A stretch of 64,000 bases of DNA, from NCBI GenBank assembly GCA_964459335.1, contig CAYWJX010000002.1:637-64636 (forward strand). The letters run 5' to 3'. A program made the translations under genes and the position numbers. The stretch is from an uncultured Candidatus Saccharibacteria bacterium. Its GTDB lineage: Bacteria; Patescibacteriota; Minisyncoccia; Phycocordibacterales; SBAW01. The number at the start of each line of letters is the position of its first letter. The first letter of the stretch is position 1. The notes below the pieces were generated by a model that was given only the letters and a program-made list of their open reading frames with translations, was not told where the DNA came from and ran no database searches. This document shows positions 50,969 to 62,284 of the stretch, in pieces.

Positions 50969-51460
50969 ATGAACATAAAAATTTTTAAATCGCGAGGTTT
51001 TACTCTCGTTGAACTCCTCATTGTGATAGCTATCATCGGTATTTTGGCATCTATTATTCTTGCCTCTCTTGGTGGTGCCCGCTCCAAAGGCCGCGATGCC
51101 ACGCGTGTATCCGCATTGGAGCAAATGGTGCGGGCAATAACGCTTGACCCAAACTACGACACCCCAACCGCTTTTGGAGGCTGCACTACGGCGGGCGCCC
51201 AGCAAGCTACCACATGCACCACGCCTAACTTTGCCGCTTTTAAGGATCCGGCAGGCTCCTCCGGCAACTGCGCGGCAGGCACATCGGGCACCTATGCGGC
51301 GTGCGGATATACCATCACTGCGGGCAGTAGTTTTTCCAGCCAGCCCAAGTATAACGACTGGCAGATAAAAACCAGCCTCGAGGTGGGCGCCGGCTCTTTG
51401 GGCGCTGGCTATGTGTGTGTCAGTTATGCCAGCTCGACGCCAAACGTCGGGTGCAAATAG
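50969..51460 (+). CDS. type IV pilin (paralog 2)
   Basis: Start ATG 50969. MNIKIFKSRG|[21 protein letters not shown]...SKGRDATRV. Confidence 0.85.
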   Translation: MNIKIFKSRGFTLVELLIVIAIIGILASIILASLGGARSKGRDATRVSALEQMVRAITLDPNYDTPTAFGGCTTAGAQQATTCTTPNFAAFKDPAGSSGNCAAGTSGTYAACGYTITAGSSFSSQPKYNDWQIKTSLEVGAGSLGAGYVCVSYASSTPNVGCK

Positions 51461-51477
51461 TAGGATATTATTACGAT

Positions 51478-52014
51478 ATGTATATCAATTTTTCTAAGGC
51501 GCGGGGCTTCACTCTCATCGAGCTCCTGACCGTTATTGCTATCATCGGCATACTTGCCTCTATTGTTATGACGTCGCTCTCCGCCGCCCAATCAAAAGGC
51601 CGCGATGCAAAGCGCGTCGCCGACATCCGCACCATCCAGCTTGCGCTTGAGGAGTATTACAACGATAACGGCAATTATCCCACTGCACTTTCGGCTCTTA
51701 CACCCAACTACCTCCCGGCGATACCTACCGATCCAAAAAACAACGGTACTTCCTATTTCTATAGCGCTTACAATGCGCTTAACAATGCCAATTGTGTCGG
51801 TGCCAACAAGCCGATCAAATACCACTTGGCTGCGGCGATGGAGAGTACCAATGCAACCAACTCGGCGCTCAATCAAGATGCCGATTGGCCTGGCACAGGC
51901 GGCGGGGCAGTGTGTACTGGCACTACAGCCGACTTTAACGGCAATGCGCCTCTTTGCAGCGGCACAACAGCCCAAGCACTCGGTGTGGACAACTGCTACG
52001 ACGAAACAAATTAA
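51478..52014 (+). CDS. type IV pilin (paralog 3)
   Basis: Start ATG 51478. MYINFSKARG|[21 protein letters not shown]...SKGRDAKRV. Confidence 0.85.
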   Translation: MYINFSKARGFTLIELLTVIAIIGILASIVMTSLSAAQSKGRDAKRVADIRTIQLALEEYYNDNGNYPTALSALTPNYLPAIPTDPKNNGTSYFYSAYNALNNANCVGANKPIKYHLAAAMESTNATNSALNQDADWPGTGGGAVCTGTTADFNGNAPLCSGTTAQALGVDNCYDETN

Positions 52015-52020
52015 CTACGC

Positions 52021-52842
52021 GTGAGCATTTTTATTATATTGCTGGTGGGGGCCGCGCTCCTCGGCGTTATTGTGGGGAGTTTTTTAAACGCGCTCTCGTT
52101 TCGTTTTAACACGGGCCGCGGCATTATATGGGACGGCCCTTCGACAAGGCCCAGGGCAAGCCGCTCGCGCTGTATGCAATGCGGGCACCCCCTAGGGAGT
52201 CTCGATTTGGTGCCCGTTTTTTCGTATCTTTTGCTCCGAGGGAAGTGCCGCTACTGCGGCTCGCGCATCTCGGTGCAGTATCCGTTGGTCGAGCTTATGG
52301 CAGGCGCGCTTGCCGCGGGCGTTTTTATACTCAATCCGACACCACTCGCATTTTTATTTTGGTTTGTGGTGTGGATGACGCTCTTGTTTGTCGTCATCTA
52401 CGATATCAAACACATGATTATCCCGTGGAGCTGTTCGCTTGTGCTGATTACGCTTGCGGTTATTGGCCTTTTGTTCGAGCCTCTTGGTCCAACATTAAGC
52501 CTGTGGGCATGGGTAGCCGGGCCACTGCTCGCACTTCCGCTTTTTTTGCTCTCGCTCGTGTCGTGGGGCAGGTGGATGGGATGGGCCGACAGCATACTCG
52601 AGCTCTCAATAGGAGCGTTGCTCGGCGCCGGCGCCGGTGCAACCGCGCTTATGCTCGCTTTTTGGAGCGGCGCACTCGTGGGGCTAGTGCTCCTCCTGCT
52701 CTCACATGTTTTTTCTCGACTACATTTTTTTCGTTATACAATAAAGAGCGAGATGCCGTTTGCTCCGTTTTTGGTGCTTGGAGCCGCTCTCGCATATTTT
52801 TTCCATGTCGATTTTTTCTCATCGCTCACGCTCTTTTGGTAA
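52021..52842 (+). CDS. pilD: prepilin peptidase (A24 family, PilD)
   Basis: 273 aa, GTG start. GSFLNALSFRF, Zn-motif CMQCGH...CRYCG, catalytic Asp context VVIYDIKHMIIP, polytopic. Confidence 0.85.
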   Translation: MSIFIILLVGAALLGVIVGSFLNALSFRFNTGRGIIWDGPSTRPRASRSRCMQCGHPLGSLDLVPVFSYLLLRGKCRYCGSRISVQYPLVELMAGALAAGVFILNPTPLAFLFWFVVWMTLLFVVIYDIKHMIIPWSCSLVLITLAVIGLLFEPLGPTLSLWAWVAGPLLALPLFLLSLVSWGRWMGWADSILELSIGALLGAGAGATALMLAFWSGALVGLVLLLLSHVFSRLHFFRYTIKSEMPFAPFLVLGAALAYFFHVDFFSSLTLFW

Positions 52843-53458
52843 CAGAGGTTTTACCTTGCTTGAGCTTATGGTAACGATGGCCATCATGGTCATTGTTACC
52901 AGTATTATGCTGTTTAACCAGGCCAAGTTCGACAGCTCCACCATTTTGCGCTCACTCGCATACAGCGTTGCGCTTTCGGTCCGCCAGGCGCAGGTATATG
53001 GCACCTCGGTTCTCGGTACCTCGACGCCCCAGGTGGCATGCAACGGTTTTTATTCGGCAGGGGAGTGTTATGTCTCCGCATACGGCGTGTACTTTAACGC
53101 CGCGAGCCCCGGGCAATATATCCTTTTTGCCGACCTCAACAATAACGGCCGTTACGATACGGGAGAGGATATAAAAGTATTTTCGCTCAACACCAACTAT
53201 ACGATCAGCCAGTTTTGTGCAAATGGTGTAAACAACGGCAGCAATGTGTCGCGTTGCTCACCGGCGCTCATAAACTCCCTCTCGATAGTGTTTAAGCGTC
53301 CAAATCCCGATGCGCAATTTTATGCCGACTTTAACGGCACCCCGATAGCCGGCGACGTATACACGAGCGCCACCATACAACTGCAAGATCCGAGCGATAC
53401 CACCGGCCCGGTGCGGGGTGTGACGGTCACCAATACGGGGCTTATATCGGCACAATAA
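52805..53458 (+). CDS. minor (pseudo)pilin
   Basis: Start ATG 52805 (overlaps pilD by 38 nt). ...FGNRG|FTLLELMVTMAIMVIV. Confidence 0.7.
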   Translation: MSIFSHRSRSFGNRGFTLLELMVTMAIMVIVTSIMLFNQAKFDSSTILRSLAYSVALSVRQAQVYGTSVLGTSTPQVACNGFYSAGECYVSAYGVYFNAASPGQYILFADLNNNGRYDTGEDIKVFSLNTNYTISQFCANGVNNGSNVSRCSPALINSLSIVFKRPNPDAQFYADFNGTPIAGDVYTSATIQLQDPSDTTGPVRGVTVTNTGLISAQ

Positions 53459-53460
53459 CT

Positions 53461-54069
53461 ATGAAACGAGGATTTACACTTATAGAAATGCTCGTCTCGG
53501 TTGCGCTGTTTTCTGTCGTGATGGTGATGGCGCTTGGCGCGTTGCTCTCGCTCTCCACCGCCGATAGGAAGGCACAGGGGCTCAAGTCGGCAATAGACAA
53601 CCTCAACTTTGCACTCGACTCCATGTCGCGCACGATACGCACCGGCTCCGGCTACAGTTGTAGTTCGGTTCCCGCAACAAATTGCTTGACGACTGGCAGT
53701 AACACATTTTATTTTACTGCCAACAACGGCGTAGTAACCGCCTATCGGCTTGAGAGTACTAATGTTGACTCCAACGCTGCCTCTGTGTGCGGGCAACAAA
53801 CTATTGCTACTCCCGGTTGTCTCGCTATTTCGGTCGACGGCGGCGTTACCTGGGCGTCTATCACGAGCCCCAATGTTATTATCAATGATTTAAGTAACAA
53901 TACTCCTCCCGGATATCTTTTTTATGCATGGGGTACCAAACTAGGAAGTGCAGACAATATACAACCTGTTGTGGTAATTACGGTGAGCGGCTACGTGCAA
54001 GTGAGCACGACGCAACAATCAACTTTTCATCTGCAAACCACCGTGACGCAACGCATTTATGATCAATAA
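53461..54069 (+). CDS. minor (pseudo)pilin
   Basis: MKRG|FTLIEMLVSVALFSVVMV. Confidence 0.75.
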   Translation: MKRGFTLIEMLVSVALFSVVMVMALGALLSLSTADRKAQGLKSAIDNLNFALDSMSRTIRTGSGYSCSSVPATNCLTTGSNTFYFTANNGVVTAYRLESTNVDSNAASVCGQQTIATPGCLAISVDGGVTWASITSPNVIINDLSNNTPPGYLFYAWGTKLGSADNIQPVVVITVSGYVQVSTTQQSTFHLQTTVTQRIYDQ

Positions 54070-54655
54070 ATTTTTTGCAAAAATAAAGAATAGAGGTTTT
54101 ACCTTGGTGGAGACGCTGATAGCCATCAGTGTGCTCGCGCTTGCCATTGTCGGTCCACTCACGATTGCACAAGAGGGTTTGCAGGCCGCGCTTATCTCCA
54201 AAGACCAGATTACCGCGTTTTATCTGGCGCAAGATGCTATCGAGTACATCCGCTATGCGCGCGACACCAATTGTTTGCAGGCCGGCTCCGGCTCCAGTGG
54301 GTGCCCGGCAGGGCAGTGGCTTGCCGGCAATGGGAATCCTCAAACAACTATAGATCTTACTAAATGTCTAAGCCCTAACACTTGCACGGTTGACGTGATA
54401 GCACTCACGCCACCGGCTCTGTGCGCGGGCGGCGTGTGTTCGGCTATCAACTACGATTCGAGTAGAAATTATTTTACCTATGCGAGCGGCTCGGCCAGCA
54501 TCTTTACGCGAACGATTAGCATCACCTCTCCCGTATGCGGCTCTTCGGGCTCTCCTTGCAACCCCAACGAAGCGGCAATTACGGTGACGGTTGCGTGGAG
54601 CGATCCTGTGTCCCACTCGATAACGGTCAGGGAAAATCTAACCGATTGGCAATAA
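54059..54655 (+). CDS. minor (pseudo)pilin
   Basis: ...KIKNRG|FTLVETLIAISVLALAIVG. Confidence 0.75.
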   Translation: MINKFFAKIKNRGFTLVETLIAISVLALAIVGPLTIAQEGLQAALISKDQITAFYLAQDAIEYIRYARDTNCLQAGSGSSGCPAGQWLAGNGNPQTTIDLTKCLSPNTCTVDVIALTPPALCAGGVCSAINYDSSRNYFTYASGSASIFTRTISITSPVCGSSGSPCNPNEAAITVTVAWSDPVSHSITVRENLTDWQ

Positions 54656-54656
54656 T

Positions 54657-55160
54657 ATGACTAAAGGATTTACCTTATTTTTTGCACTGCTGATATCGAG
54701 CCTTGCGCTCGCCATCGGGCTCGCTATTTATGACATCACGGTACGCGAGCTCCAACTCTCGGAGGCGGCAACGCAATCGCAATATGCCATCTACGCCGCC
54801 GACACCGGCGCCGAGTGCGCGTTGTATTGGGAAAACAAATATACTACCGGCAACGGCGGCACCAACAGCGCGTTTGCCACCTCATCCGCCGACACGCAGT
54901 TTGCGACAAGCGGTGTCATATGCAATGGGCAAGATGTTGCCGCATCTGCCGTTACGGCAGGCAACTGGCCGCAAGCCGTTGATGCCAACGATGCTACCAC
55001 CACCTTTAGCATTGCCGGTACCACCACAGCCTTGCCTTGCTCCATTGTGTATGTATATAAGAGCGGCAATCCTTCGGTAACCACGGTGGTGTCGCATGGC
55101 TACAATACCTGCACCGCAGGGCCGCTCCAGCTCGAGCGCGTATTCCAGGTTACCTACTAG
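54657..55160 (+). CDS. minor pilin-like protein (degenerate prepilin signal, no Glu5)
   Basis: MTKG|FTLFFALLISSLALAIGLAI. PilX-like position at the end of the cluster. Confidence 0.6.
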   Translation: MTKGFTLFFALLISSLALAIGLAIYDITVRELQLSEAATQSQYAIYAADTGAECALYWENKYTTGNGGTNSAFATSSADTQFATSGVICNGQDVAASAVTAGNWPQAVDANDATTTFSIAGTTTALPCSIVYVYKSGNPSVTTVVSHGYNTCTAGPLQLERVFQVTY

Positions 55161-55165
55161 GCTAA

Positions 55166-57244
<2,079 letters not shown>

Positions 57245-57447
57245 CGTACTCTAAACAAAAACAGACATACACCAAAGATGTCCTATAGGACGAAAATGGT
57301 GTATATAGATTATGATATTACGTAATATAAAAATATCGGCAGAGTTTCTAAAATTGACGAAATCATAAAAAGTTGGTACCGTATCTGCGGCTGATGGGAC
57401 CGGTCTTGCCGGCCGCCAGGACAGCTCATTGCTATGGAGAAACTCTG

Positions 57448-58101
57448 ATGGCTAACATCGGAACCTTGCCGGGCGAACGCCTGGCTGGTCTCTCTGCCGA
57501 CTTGTTCCACAAGCTGCAGAGAGGGAATATAACCTTGGATGAACTGGCACTGTTCACGCAGCACAAGAACCCATTCACTTTCGAACGCAACGAGCATGGT
57601 CACATCGTTTTGAACGTGACCGGCCTCTATCTCGATGGCGCTCAGGAAATCGAGAGGCTCGACGCTGCTAGCTATCGCATCAGTGGCGACGCCAAGTCCT
57701 GTCTCCTCTCTGTGATGGAGGACGGCTATGACGCAATGCACAGGTTAATGAACAGGCAGTATAAAGTCGTGCTCATGCCGATTAAGGATATTGAGAACGA
57801 AAACGACCATACAACCGATAACTTGTACAAACGGGGCACCGAAAAGTACGGCTACATCAAACCTGTTGGTGGCGTCATGCCTCGTGTACGCGAACAGATC
57901 TCCGACGGACAGATGGAAGACATTGGAATTTACTACATTGTTGCTTTCCACGAACCCATAAAGAATTCCAACGGCGATCCATATGTTCTCTGTATAGACC
58001 GCAATGATGGAGGGCGATGGCTCGACGCAAGCGTGAACCAATCTGGTGGCGGCCATTGGGATGATGGGGGGTGTGTCGCGTTCCTCGCCCCCGAAGGCTA
58101 A
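57448..58101 (+). CDS. hypothetical protein
   Basis: Start ATG 57448 (GGAGA 7 nt upstream). 217 aa with no recognisable motif. Confidence 0.45.
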   Translation: MANIGTLPGERLAGLSADLFHKLQRGNITLDELALFTQHKNPFTFERNEHGHIVLNVTGLYLDGAQEIERLDAASYRISGDAKSCLLSVMEDGYDAMHRLMNRQYKVVLMPIKDIENENDHTTDNLYKRGTEKYGYIKPVGGVMPRVREQISDGQMEDIGIYYIVAFHEPIKNSNGDPYVLCIDRNDGGRWLDASVNQSGGGHWDDGGCVAFLAPEG

Positions 58102-58107
58102 TCCTGT

Positions 58108-58149
58108 CCCGCATTTGCGATTTATCGCGAGTGCGGGATTTTTATTTTT
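58108..58149 (+). terminator. rho-independent terminator
   Basis: CCCGCA...TGCGGG outer stem (58108-58113 / 58132-58137) with inner GCGAT/ATCGC, followed by ATTTTTATTTTT. Confidence 0.75.
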
Positions 58150-58165
58150 GCGGTAGTATGGGCTC

Positions 58166-58486
58166 ATGATTTCCAAAGAGGAGGTATTGCAATTGGCAAC
58201 GCTAGCTCGGCTTGAGGTAACACCCGCCGAGGTGGAGAGTTTGCAAAAGGACATCTCAAACATTTTGGGTTATGTCGGCCAAGTGGCGGCGGTATCGGTT
58301 GGCAACGCCGAGCCTGAGGTGCCTCTCGTGCACAATGTGCTCCGGCCGGATGTGCCGCGCCTGCCTGCGCAGGCAGGCGCCGCTGGCGACACGATGGCAG
58401 GCAAGGAGGCACAGGTTGTGGCGGCGTTCCCAAAGCGCGAAGGCACGTTTAACGTCGTACGCAAGATAATCCAAAAAGATGAGTAA
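58166..58486 (+). CDS. gatC: Asp/Glu-tRNA amidotransferase subunit C
   Basis: 106 aa. MISKEEVLQLATLARLEVTPAEVESLQKDISNILGYV. Overlaps gatA by 8 nt. Confidence 0.85.
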   Translation: MISKEEVLQLATLARLEVTPAEVESLQKDISNILGYVGQVAAVSVGNAEPEVPLVHNVLRPDVPRLPAQAGAAGDTMAGKEAQVVAAFPKREGTFNVVRKIIQKDE

Positions 58487-59909
58487 ATTCAACGAGCTTT
58501 CAATAACAGAGGCATCCCAAAAACTGCAAGCGGGAGAAGTTACCGCGGTAAGCCTGGCGCAAGCATGTTTGGACGAAATAAAAAAAAGAGACAAAACACT
58601 GCACGCGTTTTTGGAAGTGTATGACGATGTGTTAGAGCAAGCCAAGACGGCGGATGAAAGACGAGCCCGTTCGACAAGCTCAGGGCAAGAAGTAAGCCCA
58701 CTTCTTGGCATTCCGCTTGCAATAAAAGACAATATTTTGATCGAAGGGCGCACGGTGTCGGCCGCTTCAAAAATTTTGGAAGGCTACGTTGCCACCTTTG
58801 ACGCCACTATTATTACCAAATTAAAAGAGGCGGGGGTGGTGTTTATTGGCCGCACCAACATGGACGAGTTTGCGCACGGCGGCTCGACCGAAAACTCCGC
58901 ATTTGGCCCGACTAAAAATCCGCATGATGAGCGCCGCGTGCCCGGCGGCTCATCCGGCGGCTCTGCAACAGCTGTGGCTGCACACATGGCGCTGGGTGCA
59001 CTTGGTACCGACACCGGTGGCTCCATCCGCGAGCCTGCAAGTTTTTGCGGGCTCGTGGGGCTCAAGCCAACCTACGGCGCTGTCTCGCGCTCGGGGCTCA
59101 TTGCGATGGGGAGTTCTTTGGACCAAGCGGGACCACTTGCACACACGGTGGAGGATGCGCAGCTTATTTTTGACACTATCCGCGGCAAAGACGCGCTCGA
59201 CAGCACAACCATCGCACCCGACACCTATCCAAAAAAATCTTCCGGCAAGCGCATTGGTGTGCCAAGGCATCTCCTCAAGGAGGGGATAGACAAAGATGTG
59301 TTGCAAAAGTTTGATGAGGCACTTGATGCGCTCAAGAAACAGGGATACGAGATTGTTAATGTGGAGTTGCCGCTCGCGGGCCTCGCGCTCGCCGTGTACT
59401 ATGTCATCATGCCGGCAGAGGTCTCTGCCAACCTCGCGCGCTTCGACGGCGTACGCTACGGCTTATCGCACAAGGGCAAAACATTGTTTGACGATTATGC
59501 GATTTCGCGCGGAAAGGGGTTTGGCCCCGAGGCGCGCCGCCGGATTATGCTCGGCACCTACGTGCTCTCGGCCGGATACTACGATGCGTACTTTGGCAAA
59601 GCAACCGCGGCGCGCGCGCAACTGCGCGCCGATGTCGAGCGCGTGCTCAAAGAGGTTGATGTGATTGTCACGCCAACCACTACGTCGCCCGCTACAAAAC
59701 TTGGCGAGAAAACCGACGACCCGCTTGCGATGTACCTCATGGACATTTTTACCGTTACCGCAAACTTAACCGGCAACCCGGCGCTGTCGGTGCCCATGGG
59801 CACCGTGGAGAGGGAGGGCAAGCAACTCCCGGTAGGTATCCAATTTATGGCCGCGCACGGCGACGAAGCCGCACTGTTTGCTATCGGTAAAAATTTGGAG
59901 CAAAAATAA
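58479..59909 (+). CDS. gatA: Asp/Glu-tRNA amidotransferase subunit A
   Basis: 476 aa. Amidase signature GGSSGGSATAVAA, GTDTGGSIREPA. Confidence 0.93.
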   Translation: MSKFNELSITEASQKLQAGEVTAVSLAQACLDEIKKRDKTLHAFLEVYDDVLEQAKTADERRARSTSSGQEVSPLLGIPLAIKDNILIEGRTVSAASKILEGYVATFDATIITKLKEAGVVFIGRTNMDEFAHGGSTENSAFGPTKNPHDERRVPGGSSGGSATAVAAHMALGALGTDTGGSIREPASFCGLVGLKPTYGAVSRSGLIAMGSSLDQAGPLAHTVEDAQLIFDTIRGKDALDSTTIAPDTYPKKSSGKRIGVPRHLLKEGIDKDVLQKFDEALDALKKQGYEIVNVELPLAGLALAVYYVIMPAEVSANLARFDGVRYGLSHKGKTLFDDYAISRGKGFGPEARRRIMLGTYVLSAGYYDAYFGKATAARAQLRADVERVLKEVDVIVTPTTTSPATKLGEKTDDPLAMYLMDIFTVTANLTGNPALSVPMGTVEREGKQLPVGIQFMAAHGDEAALFAIGKNLEQK

Positions 59910-59929
59910 ATACGTTACAATAATAGCGT

Positions 59930-60514
59930 ATGGACTACGTCCATTTTATAAACCTCGAATATTTTATTTTGCTGGCGTACCGGGTGTTTACCGGCACCAA
60001 CATTGATATCTCGCAAATCCCCGCACAAACGCTCCAGCTTACCGAGTGGGTTGCGTGGGCGGGCATTGTACTCACCGTGGTGTTTGCGTGGCTGTTTTTT
60101 TCTGCGCGGCGGAGCATGCACGCCGTCGAGCATGAGGGCTGGCACAAACGCCACGAAGAAGAGGAACATCTTAAAGTGCGGCATACCGAAGAGGCGCCTA
60201 TCAACTCGCAATGGGAGCATATCCAAACGCTCATGAGCTCGCAGAGCGAGGGTGAGTGGCGCCGCGCCATCATGGAGGCCGACATTATGATGGGCGGCAT
60301 GCTCACGGCGCGCGGGTTTAGGGGCAACACCATTGCCGACCAATTGCGCGATGCAAATCCGATACAATTTACGACGCTCGACTTGGCGTGGAAGGCGCAC
60401 AAAGTGCGCAACGAGATAGCGCATCAAGGCGAGAGCTTTACACTCGACGAGCGCACGGCACAAGCCACGATAAACCTCTACCGCAGAGTCTTTGAAGAGT
60501 TTCAGTATTTGTGA
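59930..60514 (+). CDS. hypothetical membrane protein
   Basis: 194 aa. One or two N-terminal TM helices and a helical C-terminal domain. No motif recognised. Confidence 0.45.
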   Translation: MDYVHFINLEYFILLAYRVFTGTNIDISQIPAQTLQLTEWVAWAGIVLTVVFAWLFFSARRSMHAVEHEGWHKRHEEEEHLKVRHTEEAPINSQWEHIQTLMSSQSEGEWRRAIMEADIMMGGMLTARGFRGNTIADQLRDANPIQFTTLDLAWKAHKVRNEIAHQGESFTLDERTAQATINLYRRVFEEFQYL

Positions 60515-60549
60515 TATCCTAAGGCCATTAGAGGCTAGGCTCTTATCAT

Positions 60550-60620
60550 CGCGGGGTGGAGGAATGGTACCTCACGAGGCTCATAACCTCGGGATCTGGG
60601 TTCGACTCCCGGCCCCGCAA
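60550..60620 (+). tRNA. initiator tRNA-fMet (anticodon CAU)
   Basis: CGCGGGGTGGAG...GCTCATAACC...TTCGACT...CCCCGCAA closely parallels E. coli tRNA-fMet. C1 x A72 mismatch at the acceptor end, discriminator A. Short D-loop and a 4-nt variable loop (71 nt). Confidence 0.8.
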
Positions 60621-60648
60621 CAAGGATTTATCGTTTATACTTATAAGC

Positions 60649-61266
60649 ATGACCCATCATTTTTCGATAGGCGAGTCGCTCGATTTTGGCTGGCAAAAGA
60701 CAAAAGTGCACAGCAAGCTTTTGTTTCAAGCGATGCTCACGCTTTTTGCACTGGAGGTTGCCAACGTGATAGTGCAGCGCGTCCTCGCACATACATTGCT
60801 CGGATTTGCCGCAGAAGTAGTGTTGTGTATCGTCATCATATATCTTAGTGTCGGGCTCACGGTGATAGCGCTCAAAATTGCGCGCGGCGAACATGCTTCC
60901 TACGGAGACCTCGTGCCCAACACGGCGCTCGTGTGACGTTTCTTTTTGGCGGGCCTGCTCACCGCCCTCCTCATAGTCTGTGGCCTCGTGCTTTTGATTA
61001 TCCCGGGCATCTATCTAATGGTGCGCTACAGCATGGTGCGTTTTGCCGTTATCGACGGCGCGAGTGTGACCGACAGTTTGCGCAAAAGCGCCGAGCTCAC
61101 ACAAGGAATCAAATGGCATTTGCTTTGGTTTATCCTCGCCATTATTGCAATCAACATCATCGGCGCGGTGCTCTTTTTGGTGCCGCTCCTTGTGACGGTG
61201 CCGGTGACGATGATAGCGTATGCGCATGTGTATCAAAAACTGCACGGGCGCGCTCATGCGGAGTAA
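60649..61266 (+). pseudogene. polytopic membrane protein (DUF975/GDPD-membrane-domain-like) interrupted by one in-frame TGA at 60934-60936
   Basis: ORFs 60556..60936 (real start ATG 60649) and 60946..61266 are in the same frame. Read through, the sequence is ...GDLVPNTALV*RFFLAGLLTALLIVCGLVLLIIPGIYLMVRYSM..., one continuous TM protein. Confidence 0.6.
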
Positions 61267-61330
61267 GTAATTGAAGAAACAGCCCAAAAATGATACCGTG
61301 AGCACATCTTGTCCGTCTCGGGCAAAGCAT

Positions 61331-61404
61331 GTCGGCGTAGCTCAGGTAGTTAGAGCATGGGACTCATAAACCCAAGGTCGAAGGTGCAAGTCCTTCCGCC
61401 GACA
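61331..61404 (+). tRNA. tRNA with CAU anticodon (elongator Met or, by resemblance, tRNA-Ile2/lysidine type); atypical T-loop
   Basis: Acceptor GTCGGCG/CGCCGAC, anticodon arm TGGGA-CTCATAA-ACCCA (A31:A39 mismatch), T-arm GAAGG-TGCAAGT-CCTTC (G at position 55). Confidence 0.7.
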
Positions 61405-61467
61405 CCCGGTTGTGACGCCAAAACCCGCCTACTCGTTTGACAGGTAATTTTGTGCTACTGTAGGGCC

Positions 61468-62271
61468 ATGAAATCATATATCATATTGCATAAAGGACAG
61501 GCGATTGTAATTTTAAGCTTGTTTGTTCTCCTTGTGCTCGGCGTATTTGGTGTCAGGGCGTTTCAGACAGGGCGTCAAGCGGCCGCCGTGGCGGCTGCCA
61601 ATAGCGTGCAACCGGTTGCTACAACTACGGCAACATGGCAGACGCCAAATCCTCCATACGTATTGTCTCTCTCGGATACCCAGCTCAACAATATTGACGC
61701 GGAAGCCGCAGTCCGCATCAACAACGCGGCGGTGGTCTGCGGCGCACCTTCGTATACGCTCAACTGGGGCGACGGCACGGTCGTCAACAGCCCTTCCGTA
61801 AATTGTCCGACGCCTTCGCCGGGGGCATTAGTCTCTACAACAACTGTTACGCTCTATCACACCTATCCGATGCCGGAATATGGGTCGCGATTCGTTCAGG
61901 TGACGGCGACAAGCAACGGCGTGTCCTCGTCGACATGGATGATGGTATTGCCCCCGGCAGCGGGGCAACGAATCGAGGGAGCCATTTCGACTTCGACATC
62001 GAACAATACGGTCTCCTTTATGTACTACCCAAGTTACAACGCCTGCACGCCGAATAACCAATACACTATTAACTGGGGCGATGGCTCGAGTACCGTAAAT
62101 GGCTATACGCTCAACCTCGTGCCCGGAGTCAGCAGTCCTAATTCGCCGGTATGCCTCAATTACAGCGGCACGTTTTTGGTGAGTCATACCTATGCAACCC
62201 ACGGGACGTACCTTATGACCGTCCAAAGTATGGGCTTAGGTTTCTTTGCACCGGTCACTGTTGGAAGATAA
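61468..62271 (+). CDS. secreted protein with two PKD-like repeats
   Basis: Start ATG 61468. N-terminal TM/signal. Two repeats with Y(T)(L/I)NWGDG...(S)HTY...G(T/S)(Y/R) pattern. Confidence 0.6.
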   Translation: MKSYIILHKGQAIVILSLFVLLVLGVFGVRAFQTGRQAAAVAAANSVQPVATTTATWQTPNPPYVLSLSDTQLNNIDAEAAVRINNAAVVCGAPSYTLNWGDGTVVNSPSVNCPTPSPGALVSTTTVTLYHTYPMPEYGSRFVQVTATSNGVSSSTWMMVLPPAAGQRIEGAISTSTSNNTVSFMYYPSYNACTPNNQYTINWGDGSSTVNGYTLNLVPGVSSPNSPVCLNYSGTFLVSHTYATHGTYLMTVQSMGLGFFAPVTVGR

Positions 62272-62284
62272 CTATTGTCCCGAA

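Noticed and set aside
52128-52874. 248-aa alternative-frame ORF inside pilD
   Set aside because: Its composition is Arg/Ala-rich and nonsensical. The overlapping frame encodes a clear A24 prepilin peptidase.
60934-60936. Alternative genetic code (UGA = Gly as in SR1/Gracilibacteria, or UGA = Trp) for the whole genome
   Set aside because: Several well-defined genes in the window terminate with TGA at the expected protein ends. An RF2 gene is present, the DNA is GC-rich, and no other conserved gene here needs TGA read-through. The single case is treated as a local event.
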